A stretch of DNA of 64,000 nt from Protoeuglena noctilucae (taxonomy: Eukaryota). The position numbers were made by a program, and so were the translations under genes. Below are positions 24,207-38,721 of this stretch, piece after piece. The notes beneath the pieces were generated by a model, which was not told the DNA's origin, did no database searches, and saw only the letters and a list, made by a program, of their open reading frames with translations. Each line of letters begins with the position of its first letter. The first letter of the stretch is position 1. The stretch covers positions 62,001-126,000 of the forward strand of contig OY253686.1 of the NCBI GenBank assembly GCA_958009085.1. Direction: 5' to 3'.

Positions 24207-27200
24207 TCATCCGCTCGACCCGTCGCTGTCATCCCCGCCCCCGTCCTCATCGCTCGTGTCGTCATCCCCACGCCTGCGCTTCCCACGCCCTCTCCCACCC
24301 CGTCCCCTCCCCCTCCCCCTCCCCGCGCCCCTCCCGCGCCCCCCTCGCCCACCCCTCTGCCTCCCGCCCGCACCCTCACCCTCCGCGCCACCCGCCACCT
24401 CCCCCGCACCCGCGCCACCCCCGCGCCCCCTGCCCCGGCCCCTGCCCCCCGCCGTCAGAGCCGTGGTGCCGTAATCGTCGTCATCCACATCCATCGCTCG
24501 CCGGAACCGCGCCAATTGCGCCAGAATGCCAGCCGGGGTGGACGCGCAGTGGAGGTCGATGAGGGACGCATCCAACTCCACAAAGGGGTCCTGGGGATGC
24601 AAGAGATTAGTAAAGTAAAAGTGGGTTGTAAAGGTGGTTTGAAAGGTTAAACAATGGACGCCACCCCGCAGTGGGTTGCGTAGGTGCTACTACCCCTGAC
24701 ACTACCCCTTGCATGCATTGACGTCTGCCCCACGCCCGCCCACTCACCCGCGACACAGCGTTTCGCTCCTCCGCCTTCCTGGCGTCCCCGTGCGGCGCGA
24801 ACTCCGCAATGCGAGCGTCGCTGAGGCCGTAAGCCGCCTTCACGGCTCGTTTCACCGCCAACAGCGCACACACCGCCACGCTCGCTGCCGCCGCCTCCGC
24901 CGCTCCCACCGGGTCCACCAGCGCCACCTCCACCCCCGCATCGCCACCGCCACCACCACCGCCACCACCGCGACCACGCTTGCGCCCCTTCCCACCCCCC
25001 ACCGACGTTGCCGCTGCCGCCCCCACCCTCCTCTCCAGTTCCGCCAACACCATCTCACCCCGTCGCGACACCGCCACCCTCACCGCGTGCAGCAGCGCGA
25101 GGGGCTCGTCGGCCTTTCGGAAGGGCAGCGCCACGCAGATGCGGGCGAGGAAGGCCAGGAAAGGGAGGTCATCCGAGGGAGAGCGGCGGCGGGCGTGAGA
25201 AGCGTGAGAGGGGTGCAGGGGTGCGGGGGACACTGGGCTGGCGATTGATGCGTGGTTCACGCCCGGGGTGCCAGTGCCAGTGTTACTGCCAGTGTCGGTG
25301 CCAGTGTCGACGCACGCGGCGGCGGCCACCGCCTCAAATCGCCGAACGAAGGACTGGAGGAGGTTGGCGCGTAATCCGGTGCCCCTGGGAGCGTCGCCGA
25401 TGGCGGAGTAGAGCCTGGCGATGGCTGCGACTGCCTCGGAAGCGTCGATGGCAGCGGTGGATGCAGAGGGTGCGGGTGCTGGGGTGGCGATGGGTCCCGG
25501 CGTGCATGCCGATGACCCAGCACTTGGGGCTGAAGAGGCGTGGAGTTCGTAGGCCATCTCGACGCCCTCCATGAGTCTGTTATCCACGAAGTCCCTGTGC
25601 TTGGCCAGCAGCGCTAAGAAGAGGGCCCTGGCGCGATCGGCCACGTCGGGGGATGGGTCGGTGGAGAGGGTGACGAGGGGGGGCACGGCCTCCCAGGGGG
25701 CGAGCAGGCCGTCGCGGTGGATGTGCTCAATGACCTGGGGGTGGTGGTTGGAGAGAGTGGAAAGGGGGGTAGGTGGCATATGAAATGAATGAATGGATGG
25801 TTGACGTCATGGTAGGTGAGGCGTGTGACTCCCCCATCACTACCAACCCACGACTCTCTCCAACCCCACCACCTCTTCCCCTCACCTCCAGCGCCCGCAC
25901 GCGCACGGCCGCCCCCTCCGCTCCCCCCCGCACCGCCAGCGCCCGCACCCGGGGCCACAGCCGATGCACCGTTGCCCCCGCCACCGTACAAGCGTCCCCC
26001 GCACCGTTCTCTCTCGCAAGCGGCGCCGTGTCGTCCGTCAACGTCTCTCCCCCCGCCCTCGCCGCCGCCTGACTCAGCGCGCCAGCCTGCCCCTGCGTCA
26101 GTCGGCGGTGGTCGGCGGCCAGCAGAGCCGCCACGGCTGCCAGCCCCTGCGCCTGCATTTCTGGGGGCGAATGGGGCGACAGGGAGGACTCCAGGGCTGC
26201 GTAGACGTCGGGGCGCTGCGTCAGGGAGGGCCTGGGGGGGGCGGGGGGGTTGGGTGCACATGAGGCGGTGTGAGGGATGGGAGAGATGTGGCAGTGTGTG
26301 TGGGATGGGAGAGACGAGGCGGTGCATGGGGTATTAAGGATCAACCACACGCACAGCGCATGGCATGGTGGGCATCTGGCCCACCATGGTCATGCCGCTG
26401 TCCCCAGCCCAGCGCTCACCTGGCGACCGCAAGCATGCCGACCGCCTGCACCGCTGCCCTGCGCACTCGCACGGGCGCCTGCGCGGCGTCGAGGGCGGCG
26501 AGGAATGCGGCGAGGCAGTGGTCGGTCCGGAGGGGGCAGGTGGGGCACGCGGGGCGGTCCACCAGGTCCGCACCCCAACACAGCAGCTGGCCTGCGGGAG
26601 CGAGAGGAGAGGTCGGGAGTGGAGCGAGATAGGAAACGCTGCTCGGGCGTCTCATGCTGCGGAATGCATTGAGTGAGAGCGCTGGGTGGTCTGTCATTCT
26701 GTCCCTGTCACACCCCTTGTCTTTATAACCACACTATGATATCCATCATTACTTTACCCATAATCTCACCTGCCACAAACAGCAGTCGCTCGGTGCGTGA
26801 GGGTGCCAATGGGTCACCCGGGGCGGGCGTCGTGGGGGTGGCGAGGTGGGCGGGGGTGGCGGGGGTAGCGGGGGCGGCAGGGCTGGGCCAGAGGGCGGGG
26901 GTGGTGTCCCGCACTTTGCTGATGTAGCGATCGACGACCTGGGAGGGTCGCAGGGGGGGTGAGTGGGAGGGGACGGTGGGGGTGGAGTGCGGGGGTGGGG
27001 TGTGGTGGGACGGTGGGGGGTGGGGTGTGAGAGGGGCGGTTGGTGCAAGGGATGGTGCATGGCATGCTGGGGTGTCTCGCCGCGTGCGCTGTCTTGCCGC
27101 ATGTGCTGTTTCGCCACATGTGCAGTCTTGCCTGGTGCAGTGCGCTGGCCACGTCGTTGTCCAGGGCCGCGAGGGCGCAGATGGCACGGCAGGAGGCAGC

Positions 27201-30200
27201 CACGACGGGGACTGGGGGGGTGGGGCAGAGGAAGCGAGGGTTTGATGGTATGTCAAGTGAGCTTAAGCGCGAGACGCCCACACCACACCCACCCACACCT
27301 ACACCCACACCCACAGCCAAGCATCGTCTCACCCGACGAGTGTGTGTTGAGCAGGTCCCTCAGATTCGTGTACAGCGTGGCCACCAGTGGCCCCGCGAGG
27401 GAGGGGACGTGGCGAAGGACAGCGTCGATGACGGAAAGGGAACAGAGGAGGGAGTCGGGGTCGCGGCGGGGGCTGGGGTTGGGGGGAAGGGAGAGGGGTT
27501 GGTAGTAAGGAAAGTGGTCGTAACAACAGGGGACAGAGGAAGGAGAGGGGTTGGGAGTGAGGTGGGGGTGGGAGTGGGACAGGGTCAAGGGAAGTTGAGC
27601 TGGGTAGAGGGGTTTGTGAAGAAACATGCAGAAGGAAGCGTGAAGTGACAGTGCCAGTAATACTCTTTACACTCTGCCCGTTACTGCATGGCGTAAGTGG
27701 TACTACCATCGCCACCCCCCAACCCCCCGGGCCCCCCACCTGTGTTTGGGCGTGGCAGTGCCGTTGTGGTTGGCCGTGGCCAGGGTCGGCGTGGCCTCCG
27801 TTGCCGCGTGCAGGTCGGGTGCGAGGGTCTCGAGGAAGAGCGCGGGGTGGGAGCGGGGGACGCATGACTCGGGGCAGGCGATGGCCAGGGCGTGGAGGGC
27901 CAGGAGGGCCTGAGTGGGTGGGGAGAGTGGTATGGTGAGGTGAGGTGAGATGGTCAAAGCACGCAGTGTCTGGGTAGAGGGATACCAACACCAATGCCCA
28001 TACCAGCACTAATACCATCACCATTGCTTAGTACAAACTCCAGCATCGTCACACATCACCCCCACTCTCAGTCCCTCGCCTTCTCCCGCATCCCCGCGTC
28101 GTCCCTCGCCTCCGCGTCAAGCACTCTCCGCCGCAGCGCCTCCGCAAGCGCCTGCCCCGGCCCCTGAGCCTTCTTGCTGCTGCGGGGCACGCCCCCTGCC
28201 CCATCCGCGCCCATCGCCCGCCGCAGCATCTCCACCAGCTGGCTCTCAGGTGACAAGGGCAGGTGCCCGGGCGGCAGGTGCGCGCACAGCGCGTGCGCCG
28301 CGTCGCTGAGCTGCGCCGCGCGTGCGTCCTGGTCCTCTTTGCTAGCCCCGGGCGATGGCAGGCACGTCTTGCGGAACACCTGGTCCACTTGGGAGCGGAC
28401 GGAGGCCTCGGGGTCACTCGCCAGGCGGAAAATCAACGCCGCGGCCTCTGGGGTGAGGGGTGGGTTGGGGGTGGTGTGGGATGGGGGGGAGGGATGGGTG
28501 CGGGAGGGCGGGGGAAACCAGGTCGTGTGCGGTAGCGGGTTGACGCGTGCTCAACACTTGACGCCCCTTTTCACGCCAAGTGCTATCAACGAACACCAAG
28601 TCCTCACCTGCAGCGCGCGGGAACCCCGCAGCGAGGACGCATGTGTCGGCGAGGACCGCGATGGCGCGCCGTCTGACGGACACGCCTGGGTCGGTGGCCA
28701 TGGCACGGGCGACAGTGGAGAGGAACGAGGAGGCCACGTCTGCGTCCTGGGCCATGTGCTTGCCCAGCAAGTTGATGGCGCCCTCGCGGACTGAAGGCGG
28801 GGGGAGGGGAGAGGGGTGGTGTAAGTCGGGTAATTGGGGTGCGAGGGGAGGGGTGCACGGGATGGGGCTGTCGGTGAAGATCACAAGTGTCTGTGCTGTA
28901 CAGTAACAGTGCAAGCGTGAGCCGCGTGGCAGAGTCGTTAGCATGAGAGGCAGGCAGTCACATCGACCATACCACCACTCTCCCCATTGCTCCTCGTCTC
29001 ACCGGAAATACTCTCGTCGTGCAGTGCGCCCTCCACGGCTCCCCGGACCTCCCACAGCCTCAGCACCCGCCGGTCCGCCTCCACCAGCTGCCCCAGCACG
29101 CGCGTCGCCTTGGCCCGGGTCGGCCCTGCCACGCGGCGCGACCGGTCGCAAGCCCCCACCAACACCCGCAGCGCCGCGCGACGCACCAGGCCAAGCAGGC
29201 CCCCGTGCGCCGCGACGCGGTGCACCACCCCCGCCTCCTCCATCGTCAAACACTCGCGCTCCCCCGCGCTCTCCCCCGGCTCGCAGCACGATCCCCACAT
29301 CGCCGCGAACCGCGCCGCGGTCGCTGCCGCGTCCCCCTTGCCCCGCCCCGCGCCCTCCCCGCTCCCCGCCGCCTCCTCCGCGCACAGTCGGCTAACCAGG
29401 AATCGCGCCGCTGACCCCGCCACCTCGTCCGCCCCCGCCGCATCCCTCAGTGCCCCCAGCACCGCCTCTGCCGCCTGCGTGGCATCGCTGCCAGCCCCGG
29501 GCGCCGCGGGGGTGGTCAATGACACGGACAGGTGCGTGCCTGCCAGCCGGGACGCCCACTCACAGTCGGACTCCGCATGCGTGCCCTCGGTCCACAGGGA
29601 CACCAGCAACGATCCCTGCATCGAGTCACACAAGGGTATTGTTTACTAATACATGTAAGCAAGCAGAGTCTGCCAACCACGCGTCACGTTCCATCAGCCC
29701 CCCACGCATCCCTGTTATGCAGTCGCCAGATGAACACAACACCGCCCCACATGCAATGCACCCCGCTACAACCTCCCTCCCCGCTCACCAGTAACTCTAC
29801 CCCCACCTGCGCCACCGCAGCGTCGTCCCCCGCCACGCCGCCCCCCAGCGCTGCCGCCAATCGGTGGAGCATCGTGGCTGCGGCGGGCCACCTCGGGGAC
29901 CCACACACGGCCAGCAGGTCCGCGATCGCATTCTCCACCACCAGCCGCGGGTCGCTGTCCGCGTCGCCACGGGGGCCGCGGCCCAATGGCAGCCGCTCCA
30001 GCAGGGCGTGCCAGAAACCGTCGGCCCACCGCAGGGGCTCGTGAAGGCCGTGCCTGAGTGCGCCATTCTCTCCCACGCCCGGGCACTGCGCGGCGCCCTG
30101 GATCATGAGGAGCACGGCCCAGGTGCACGCCTGCAGGGGCCCCTCGTCTGATCGGGATGGCACGGCGCGGGGCGGGTCCCGGACGCCTGTCTGAGAGACC

Positions 30201-32408
30201 ACCTGCGGCGAGGCTCGAGCGGGTGGTGGTTATGGTATATGCAGATGGTACGACCCTGCATGGGTTGGGAAAAAAGTGAGGTCTTTAACCGAGGTGACCA
30301 GTGCTGATGGTGAGATGTGATGGCATGACGAGGGACCCAGGGTGGGTCGGGAGCCCAGGCTAAGGCGACACGACGCGTGGGTGACTGGGAGACGGTGACT
30401 GACTGACTTAGCGATGGAATGCGAGTAGACGAACGTAACAATCGCAGAACCTCGCCTGGGAGATGAGGTCGTCCATGACGGCGGAGCGCAGATCAGGGGA
30501 GCCGAGAAAGACGGCCGCGAGGGCGGCGGCGGAGCGGACGTGGAGGTGGGGCAGTCCCGGGGCGCTGAGGGCGCTGAGGCAGGCGCGCTGGAGCACCAGC
30601 AGCGGCGCGCTGGGCAGCGGGCGGGCCTGGGCGAGCCTCCCCAGGTCAGAGAGCAGACCCTCCAGTTGAGAGGCCAGGGCGGCACTCGAGGGCGGCCATG
30701 GGCCATCGGAGGCGGCGCTGCGTCGACGGCCGCGCTTCGGCGAGGGCTCCGCATCGGCAGCGTCCCCTGCCTGCGGGATGGGAGACGTGACACGGGCAGG
30801 GGTAAGGGGTGTGTGGTGTGCCTGGTCGGGGCTTGACGCATGACGAGAGACGTCACGAGAGAGAGATACAAGAGAGAGCATTGTGAAAGGGAGTCGTGCG
30901 AGGGGTCGAGGCATTGAACCAGCCATCGAAAGCGTCGTTCACAATGCACGTCCTCTCACCTCGTCGGGTCGGTGCAGCTTGCGGTGCTTGGGGTCGAGAA
31001 GGGCGCGGACGTTGACGTCGACGTGGTGGCGCACGAAGGCCACGATTGCCTCCAGGAGCTCCTCACGGTAGAGCGGCGCGGGCATATTCGGCGCTGCCAT
31101 GACCTTGACCGCCACCGCGCAGCACAGGGATGCAGACTCGACGCCCTCCGCATCGGCACCCCTCGCAGCCTGGGGGTGTGACACGAGCGGGCGGGGGAGT
31201 GTTGATGGGTGCGGCAGGACGCGGGGTTGTGCCGTGAAGCGGGGAATCGCTCGATAAGCGCGACGTGCGGTTGTCGCAGGGCATGGCTCACCTTGCCGGC
31301 CGGCAGCACGGTGGTTGCGTGCTGGCGGATGGGGCCACCGCAGGCGTCCAGGAACGCCATCCACGTGGCTTCCTCGATCTCGTGCAGCAGTCCCGCGTCC
31401 GCCACCGATAGCACCAGGCCGTGCAGGCGCTGGAGGTCAGCTGCAGCGGCGTGCTCCCCACTGCAGGGGCCACGATGAACGGGGAGAGCGTCACGGCGAG
31501 AGGAGGATGCGGAGCGGGACAGAAACAGCGGCAACGCGAGAGAAGCGCTTCGTCGCACCTGGCGTACAGCGCCAGGCCTTCCTGCAGTGGGCCCAGGTGC
31601 GCGCGGGGGTCCACCTCTACGAGACGAGCCTCCCGCTCCTTCCTCGCGCGCTTCTTTGGTGACTCGGACGACGGATCCGCCTCCGCGGCCTTACGCCGCC
31701 CGCGCGCGCGCCCTCCCGCCGCAGCCGCAGCGGCCCCGGCCCACGTCGCCGCTCCCTTTGCGAAAACTCGCGCTCGGGTCCCCGGGCCCTTCACTGCAGG
31801 GAAAAAAAAACATAAGAGCTCGAGGAGCGGCGCGCGAGGCTTGCACATACACGGAGTAGGGCACGCGCAGCCCAGCGCGGTAGCCCAGCGTGCCGGAGGT
31901 CCTCGGGCCGCACCTCCCACGTCCAGCGTGAATGCTTCCGGCGAGATCTTCACGGCCTGCGCAAGCAAGCCATCGGTGTTGCCGACGCCGCCCGAGACGT
32001 CCTCCACGGGCTTACTGCGGGCTCGGACAGGCGGGAGAGGCGGTGAGGCGCGCCGCGCGGCCGAGGACGTTGTGCAGCCTGGTTGCGGCGCAGCCACGCA
32101 GCAATCAGCAAAGAGGCCAATCAGAGCCATGCCACGTGGCCCGGACCATGCTCAAGGGCGCGCGCCGAGGGCCTCGTGCTGCAAGCCAGCGCGCACGCCC
32201 TCGCTCACAGGTAAGACACGTTCGCGCATTCGATGAGCTCCACGGCCTTAGCGACGGTATCAGGCTTGAACTGGTTGCCGAGGTCCGGGCAAGAATCGAC
32301 GGGCGCAGCGACGTTGGGCAGCTGGAAGATGGCGGGCAGGTCTGCCGAGAACTGCTGGAAGCACGTCAGCCGATTGCGCGGCCAGCGATTGCCACCGGCA
32401 CCCGACAT
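24207..32408 (-). CDS. SCC2: Cohesin loader subunit SCC2/Nipped-B (HEAT repeats), multi-exon
   Basis: APNMPAPLYREELLE, PRWPAA, RAKATRVLGQLVEAD, DESISVREGAINLLGKH, DPGVSVRRRAI, DPEASVR, GLLAPWEAVPPLVTLSTDP are characteristic Scc2/NIPBL motifs in the expected order. Confidence 0.92.
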
Positions 32409-32797
32409 GGTCCTCCTGCTCTGTGGATGAGCCGGGTCTACGGCGCCATAGCAAGAGCAGCACGACACCAGCTACAACGAGGGTCCTGCCGCGCCGCGCC
32501 CGTGTCGAGTGCACCAGAATTTCAAGCGACTTTTCAACGCGCCCCAGGAGCAGCCTAGATAGCAAAAGTCCGAGGCTGGGGAGAGGTCTGTTCTGACGGC
32601 GGTTGTCAGGAGAAACTGGGTCGGAAATCAGCAGGAAACGAGGCCACAGGTCACATAATCACGGTCACTGATCGGAAATCTACATCTCGACAGCCACGGC
32701 GTGGAAGCCAGCCGCTCACAGGCTAGGATAGGCGCCGCAGACAAGCATGGCAGCGCAGTGTGGCATCCTAGCGGGCGCCTCGCACAGCAGTGGCCGC

Positions 32798-35700
32798 TCA
32801 GGCTTCCATAGAAGCGGCCGGCTGCTCGGCATGCGCCGGCGCGGTCCCCGGGTGCGACGCAGCGCCTGGCTGCCTGGCCACGCCCTGCCCCAGCCCCGCA
32901 GCAGCATCGGACTCCCTGCCCTGCACAGGCGCGGGGGAGCCGACGCACGGGCGAGTATCCTTGGGCACGCCCCACATGGCCGTCCTGCCGGGGCCGGAGT
33001 CCTCTGCCGCGCTGCCCGCTCCGTCCCCGGAAGTGCTGGGCGGCGCGAGCGAGGGACCCGGCGTGGGCGACATCGCGCTCCCGCTCAGTGCGGGCAGTTG
33101 CGGGAGGGCGGGCGCCCCGGCAGGCCCCGCCTTGGGCAGCGGGGGCAGTCCCTGGGCACCCGGCATGGCGTTGGCCGTGACGTGGACCGCGCGCCATTCG
33201 GGGAGCATGGGGAGCGGGGCGGGCGGGAAGGGCATGGCGAGGAGCGGCGGGAGGTTCGGGAGCACCAGGGCTGGCGGCGGCGGGGGCCGCGTGGCCTGGC
33301 GCGGCGGCATGGGCCGTGGCCGCATCACCGCCACGACCTCGTCCGTCTCCTCCGACGGGAGCCACTGCGGGCAGGGAGAAAAGAGCATTTGGCAGGACTC
33401 GTGGCGCGGACCTCCCTGCTGCCGCTGGCGGTATGACGGCTGCGCGGGCGAGCGCCATCGCGACCTCATCGTGTTCCTCGTACTCGCCTCGTCGATGTCG
33501 CTGCCCTCCTCACCCCCGTACGCATCGTTCGTCTCCTCGTAGTCGTCCCGCGGCGGCTCCCGCATGAAGACGGCGAAGTCCGGCAGGCGGTACGGGTCGG
33601 GCACCAGCCGCGCCTGCCGCTCGCTCATCAGCTGCTTCAGGCCCACGTTCTTCATGCTGCGCTGGAACTGCATCGTCGGGTAGATCTCAATCCCGATCTC
33701 GTTCACCACGGGCTCCGGGCGCTTGGGTGGCGGCGGCGGCTCGTCCTGCTCCGTGCCCCCGCCCCTCCCGCCGTCCCCGCCGCGCCCACCCCGCCGCCCC
33801 CGCTTGGCCCCCCACCCACTCGGCAGGCCCCTCGGCCGCCCTTCGTCCTCCGACTCGGCCTCCCCGGCCGCCGCGCCGTCCCCGCCCTCCCCGAACAGCA
33901 CCTCGTTGAGGGCCAGCAGCGGGTCCACCGCCCTGCGCTTCCCCTTGCCCTTCCCCCTCGTCGAGCCGGCTGCGGCCAACCAGAAGCGAGCGCGGTCACG
34001 TCTGCGTCCATCGCGCACTTGGGCCGCCACCCCACACCCCACCCCAATGCGCGCCCCACCTGTGTCCTCGAGGTCGGCCTTCCTCTTTGGCCGTGAGGGG
34101 TCCGTGTCGTCACTGGGGGGCTTGTCCGGGCCCAGGAACGCCCCCACGAGCGTCTCGGCCGCCGTGCGCCGGCTGTCGATCGCCTCCTTGCAGTCGATCA
34201 GGGCGTCGAATAACTCCGGGGGCACCGTGAAGGGCAGCTGGGGGCGGGGGTAAGGGGGGGGTAACAGCGCTCGTCGGTGCGCCCGAAGCAGCGAAAGAAG
34301 TCAGCAAGAGTTGGCTCAGGGAGACCAGGATGGGTTGTGGGCAATGGAGTTGCAACGACAGTCGGAACAGCAGTGGGCACGCCGACCAGGCAGCCGTATC
34401 TGTCCCTCACCCAGGCGTTGAGGGCGTTCTTGGAATTCGGGTCGTTGGGCTCCCAGTCGCGGATGTCCATGGTGCGGAACTTCTTGCGGCCGCCGGAGGC
34501 CTTCATGTTGGGGAGGTCGCACCCCAGGATCTCGGCCATCTCAGGCGTCGGGGCGTACGTCTGCAGGTCGGGGGGCGCGGCCTGGCTTGACGGTGCAGCT
34601 GCGGAGACTGGGAGTGAGTGGCGAGCGGGTCGCCGTCGCAGCCTGACCTGGGAGTTGTAGATGCGGAAGTAGGGGAAGAAGATGCTGCGTGAGTGGGGGT
34701 CGCGGTAGACGTGAGGCACTTGGTCGTTGCGGAGGCTGAAGCGCCACGCCATGCACCGTGGGATGAAGTCATTGCTGTCCAGGGCCAGCCCGCGCTCCTT
34801 GAAGCCCGGCACGCGGGCCAGAAGGCACGCCTGGGCACGGGCCGCGCACTTCGCGTCCGTCACGTCCAGCACCCCACGCTGCTCGCGGAGCCAAGGGACG
34901 CCCGCCAGCAGCACGCGCAGATTCTTGCGGAACGTGTGGTGCCTGAGGGAGAGGTGGGCCTGGCAGCGGCAGTCAGAACAAGGACTGTGGGGGACGCAGC
35001 AGCCTGCACCCGGCGGCCTCTGCAAGACATCCAGGTGTTTGTGCATCGCTAATACACACTCCAGGCATGCATATGCTGGTCATTCTCACCGGTTGAGCTT
35101 CTCAATGGGTTTCTCGAGCCCGTGCGCGCTCAGGTGGTCCGCACCGCATATCTGAGGGCAGTAAGGGTTGGCACTGTGGGTCGGGAATGCTGGCACTCAC
35201 GCAGCTGACATACACAGCGTCCCAGCGGCAGACGAAGTGTTGACGCAGTGCACGGCAGGGCCGCACCTTGCAGCGGGGAAAGGCCATGCGCTTGCCCGTC
35301 AAGGCAGCCAGCGCCACGACGCCCCCCAACTTGTTCAGCACCAGCGGCGCCGTCATGCCCGTGCTGGCTGGCCTTCCCGGGGCCGCGAGCGGGGCCACCG
35401 GCTGTGCTGGTGCCGCCACGCTCACGGGGGCCACCTCCTCCTCCTCATCGTCAGACAGCAAGTGGTGGATGACCGACCTGCGTGAAACGCATGGGGACCT
35501 GTTTGGATGCGCTGTGTTTGGAAACCGGGTACGAGGAGTGCCCCCAAGCATGCTTGCCGCAGGTTCTCTTGCCTTTTCACCGGCTTGGGGGGCTTGGGCG
35601 GCCCCTCCAGCTGGAGCTGACCGTTGGCGACCAGAGGGCTTTGCAGGGGCAGGTTGGGGAGGAGGAGTGGGGGGAGGGGCTTGCCGTCCAGGTCCAGCAG

Positions 35701-36156
35701 GGGTGGTAGGGGAAGGGAGGCCCCCGTCATGTGAGACAGGGGCGGGAGAGGCGGGAGGGACGATGCAGAAGGTAGTGGCGGGAACGCAGCGATGAGCGGC
35801 GGCAGCGGCACGGGCAGCGACGGGAAGGGCGGCTGAGGAAGCGACTGCGGGGACCACGGGGGGAGAGATCTTGGCAGGAAGCGAGAGCGGGCTCTCGTGG
35901 CCATCCACCGCCCGCGTCCCGATCCCGTCGCTCACGGCTGGGAGAGAAAAAACAGGCAATGGGGCATTCGTGACGGTCGGGGCGGGCGCCGCGGGGGCCG
36001 GCCCGGCCGGCGTCGGGGCGACCTGCGGAGCACACAGCGTGCGGGCAAGTGTTGGTTGCCGCGCCGGGCCGCGCGGCGAGAACCAGCGTGCGCGTGGGCA
36101 TTCCCTCGACGAACCTGAGGTGCGGAGGCAGGTCCCGCGGTAGGAGCGGCGTTCAT
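32798..36156 (-). CDS. Hypothetical spliced protein (P/A-rich ends, ordered central domain)
   Basis: Phase-consistent exons start MNAAPTAGPASAPQ|VAPTPAG; central FRKNLRVLLAGVPWL...IFFPYFRIYNSQ|TYAPTPEMAEILGC...; long terminal ORF. Family not recognised; 3' end uncertain. Confidence 0.55.
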
Positions 36157-37050
36157 GAGCGGGGGCGGCGAAGGCGTGGCCGCAAGAGGCCCAGCACCCT
36201 GCAAATTGGGGGCGCGGCGTCGATTCAGTCATCGGAAACGCGTCAGAGCGGTGTCATGGGGCTATAATTGCGACAAACAGATATCGAGCGCAGGCATCAC
36301 GGGCGCATCTGCGTGCGCAGGGCCGGGAGCGGCCCGAAACATGCATCGCATTCGTGGCCAGCGCGGGGCCGACCAGGCCGGCACCCGGTCCCTGATGCGC
36401 CTCCACAACCAGGACATATTGATAAGAGACGTATGTGGCTACCCCTCGTGGCTCGAGCAGGCCCCCGCGGCCGGAGCGGGGCCTGAGAAGTGCACCAGCA
36501 TCAGGGCGCCGAGGCAACGCACCTCCTGGGCGCCCTGGGGGCCCTCATGCATCGCGCCCCGCCACCTGCTCTCGAAAACCCTTTTGTGCACTTCAGGCAG
36601 GAGGCAAGGCCGTCCGGGGACGCGGGCGACGTTTGCCGCGCTTTGCGGGGGAAGGGCGGGGCCGACACCCGGACCGGCAGCTGTGACAGGTTCTTTGTCA
36701 GCGGGAAATGACGCTCGGCGCTCTTCCCGTCCTCCCGCCCCGCGTGGCTGACAGACGGTGTCAGCAGCCCCTCCCCAGTTCCTCGCCCGCCGACCCAAAC
36801 TGGGCCATCGCAGCCACCGCTCGACAGGGCGGGCTCAAAGACACGTCTACACGTCAGCCCGCCCCCATCCTTTTGCGCCCGCGTCGAGAGAAGCGTAATC
36901 GTCGCGGTCCCTTTTTCGCGCCGTTCCGCGCATTTTCATTCGCACGCAGCCTTTTGCGCATTGAGTAGACTGCAAAGAGCCCGTCACCGCTGGAAGAGGA
37001 CGCATCAGAGCCGCGGAATCGCATTTTTCTTGCTCAGATTGTTTCACACT

Positions 37051-38211
37051 ATGGTGGCCGCTGGGGAGCAGGGAGGCCTCTATGCCTCGGTGCCGTTCGG
37101 CGACGAATCAGTCTCCGACAACGGGGTGATGGACACGGACGCGGCAGCCATGAACGAGTACAGGTGCGCACGGGCCGGGGCGCGCGACGTGGGAGGTGCA
37201 GCTCCGTCGTGACGCTCGAGACGGGAGGATGGCGAGGAAGTGCGCGCATCTGCACATCCTAAGCATTCAAAGCAACTCCTCCCCATGTTGCTTCCCTTCC
37301 CTGCGCCTCAGATTCAACCTGGAGAGGGGCCAGGAGATGCGCGCACGGATGCAGGCGGCCGCGGAGGTCCTCCGGGCCGCTCAAGCAGCGCAGCGATTCG
37401 AAAGGTATGCACAGCTTGGTTTTGTGACACGCGAGGTGGCCAGCGTTCCTGCGCTTGTCGCCCAGGGACGCGCGAAGTCCCCGTCGTCGCAGGGCCAAGC
37501 GCGAAGACATTTTGCACCAGTCTCGCAGCGGCGGGGGCGCTAGCGACAGCGCTCGTTCTCAGCAGAGGCATTCTGTAAGCGATGGGACTCGTTGGGCCCC
37601 AGCCCAGGAAGCGGACCCTGTGGTGGCCTTCTTGGAGGCAGAGATGGAGGCGCGGGCCGGGAGCGTGCAGGACGCACTCCGTCAGCTGGTGAGGCAAAGG
37701 AAACCTTCAGTCGGCCGGAATGCAGAGAAGGGTAGTATTGGATATTGGGAACAGGTTTTAGAACACGGTTATTGGGAAATAAGGCTGCAAGTGCTCACGC
37801 ATGCGGCTGTCCTGTCCTTTGCCACACAGGAGAGGATGGACGCGGCGTGGAGGGCGGCTGCGTTGGAGGGAAGAGGTCTGTCGGAGGAGGCTTGGCCCCC
37901 GCGGGGGGATGGGGCGCTCGTGCTTGTGTGCGTCGCTGTTGAGGGCGGTGCGCGGTGTGACGGGCACCCGGGCGCGAGGGCTGAAGTGGACGCGGGCCAT
38001 CTTCCACGAGCTCAGCCTCCGCTGGCACCCGGACCGATTCCCCGCTCGCCATCTGACGGCGCTCAACGCGGGGCGGCAGGAGCAGCGGCGGGCGGACGTC
38101 GTCGCGGTCTCGCAGGGCATTAACGCGGCGTGGCTCAGGTTCCAGGAAGTGTGGGGGCGGGCCAGGGGTTGCGACGGCGTGTCCTCTCACGAGGGCAGGT
38201 CTGCAGCTTAG
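37051..38211 (+). CDS. Small protein with NFKBIL1-like C-terminal (J-domain-like RWHPDxF) region
   Basis: RAIFHELSLRWHPDRF...VVAVSQGINAAW; upstream spliced exons. Confidence 0.6.
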
Positions 38212-38369
38212 GCAGACAGAGGGTTCGAGGACGATGGGCTGTGGCTGGCGAGGGCTGGACGGGGCGCTGATGCAGCGCAGGTGATGGATATGACTAGCCT
38301 GACTCACGCGCGCGGTCAGTGTGGCCGCGATATGAAGACATAAGGCCAGGAAACGCCGCGCCAGTCTCA

Positions 38370-38374
38370 TGTAA
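38370..38374 (+). promoter_or_regulatory. Candidate TGTAA polyadenylation signal (chlorophyte type)
   Basis: TGTAA ~160 nt after stop 38211. A minus-strand TGTAA also lies at 44835-44839 downstream of HSP70. Confidence 0.4.
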
Positions 38375-38721
38375 GTGCGTCCAGCCCGCGCTTACAAGCG
38401 ATGCGCGCGCAGAACCTGCGTGACATCCATATCAATAGCTGTGAAATCGATCATCAACACGCTGCGGCTACATCCTCGGCCGTGGCATGCGCTTGCCTTG
38501 GTCAACACTAAGTGCGCCGTTCCTGCGACAAGGCAAGCCGCACCCGCAGCGCGAGTCTCTCTGCTCGAAATTAGTTCATTGACGTGCCCGATGCCGCAAG
38601 CAGCGGTGCTAATCGGCAGCCCTGCGCCCGATATGGGCTTCGCTGCTGCACGAACCGTTACTTAGTGGCTGCGCGGCCCATCGGAAGGTTCCCCTCTCGT
38701 GCAGGTCTGCAAGCCCGAACG

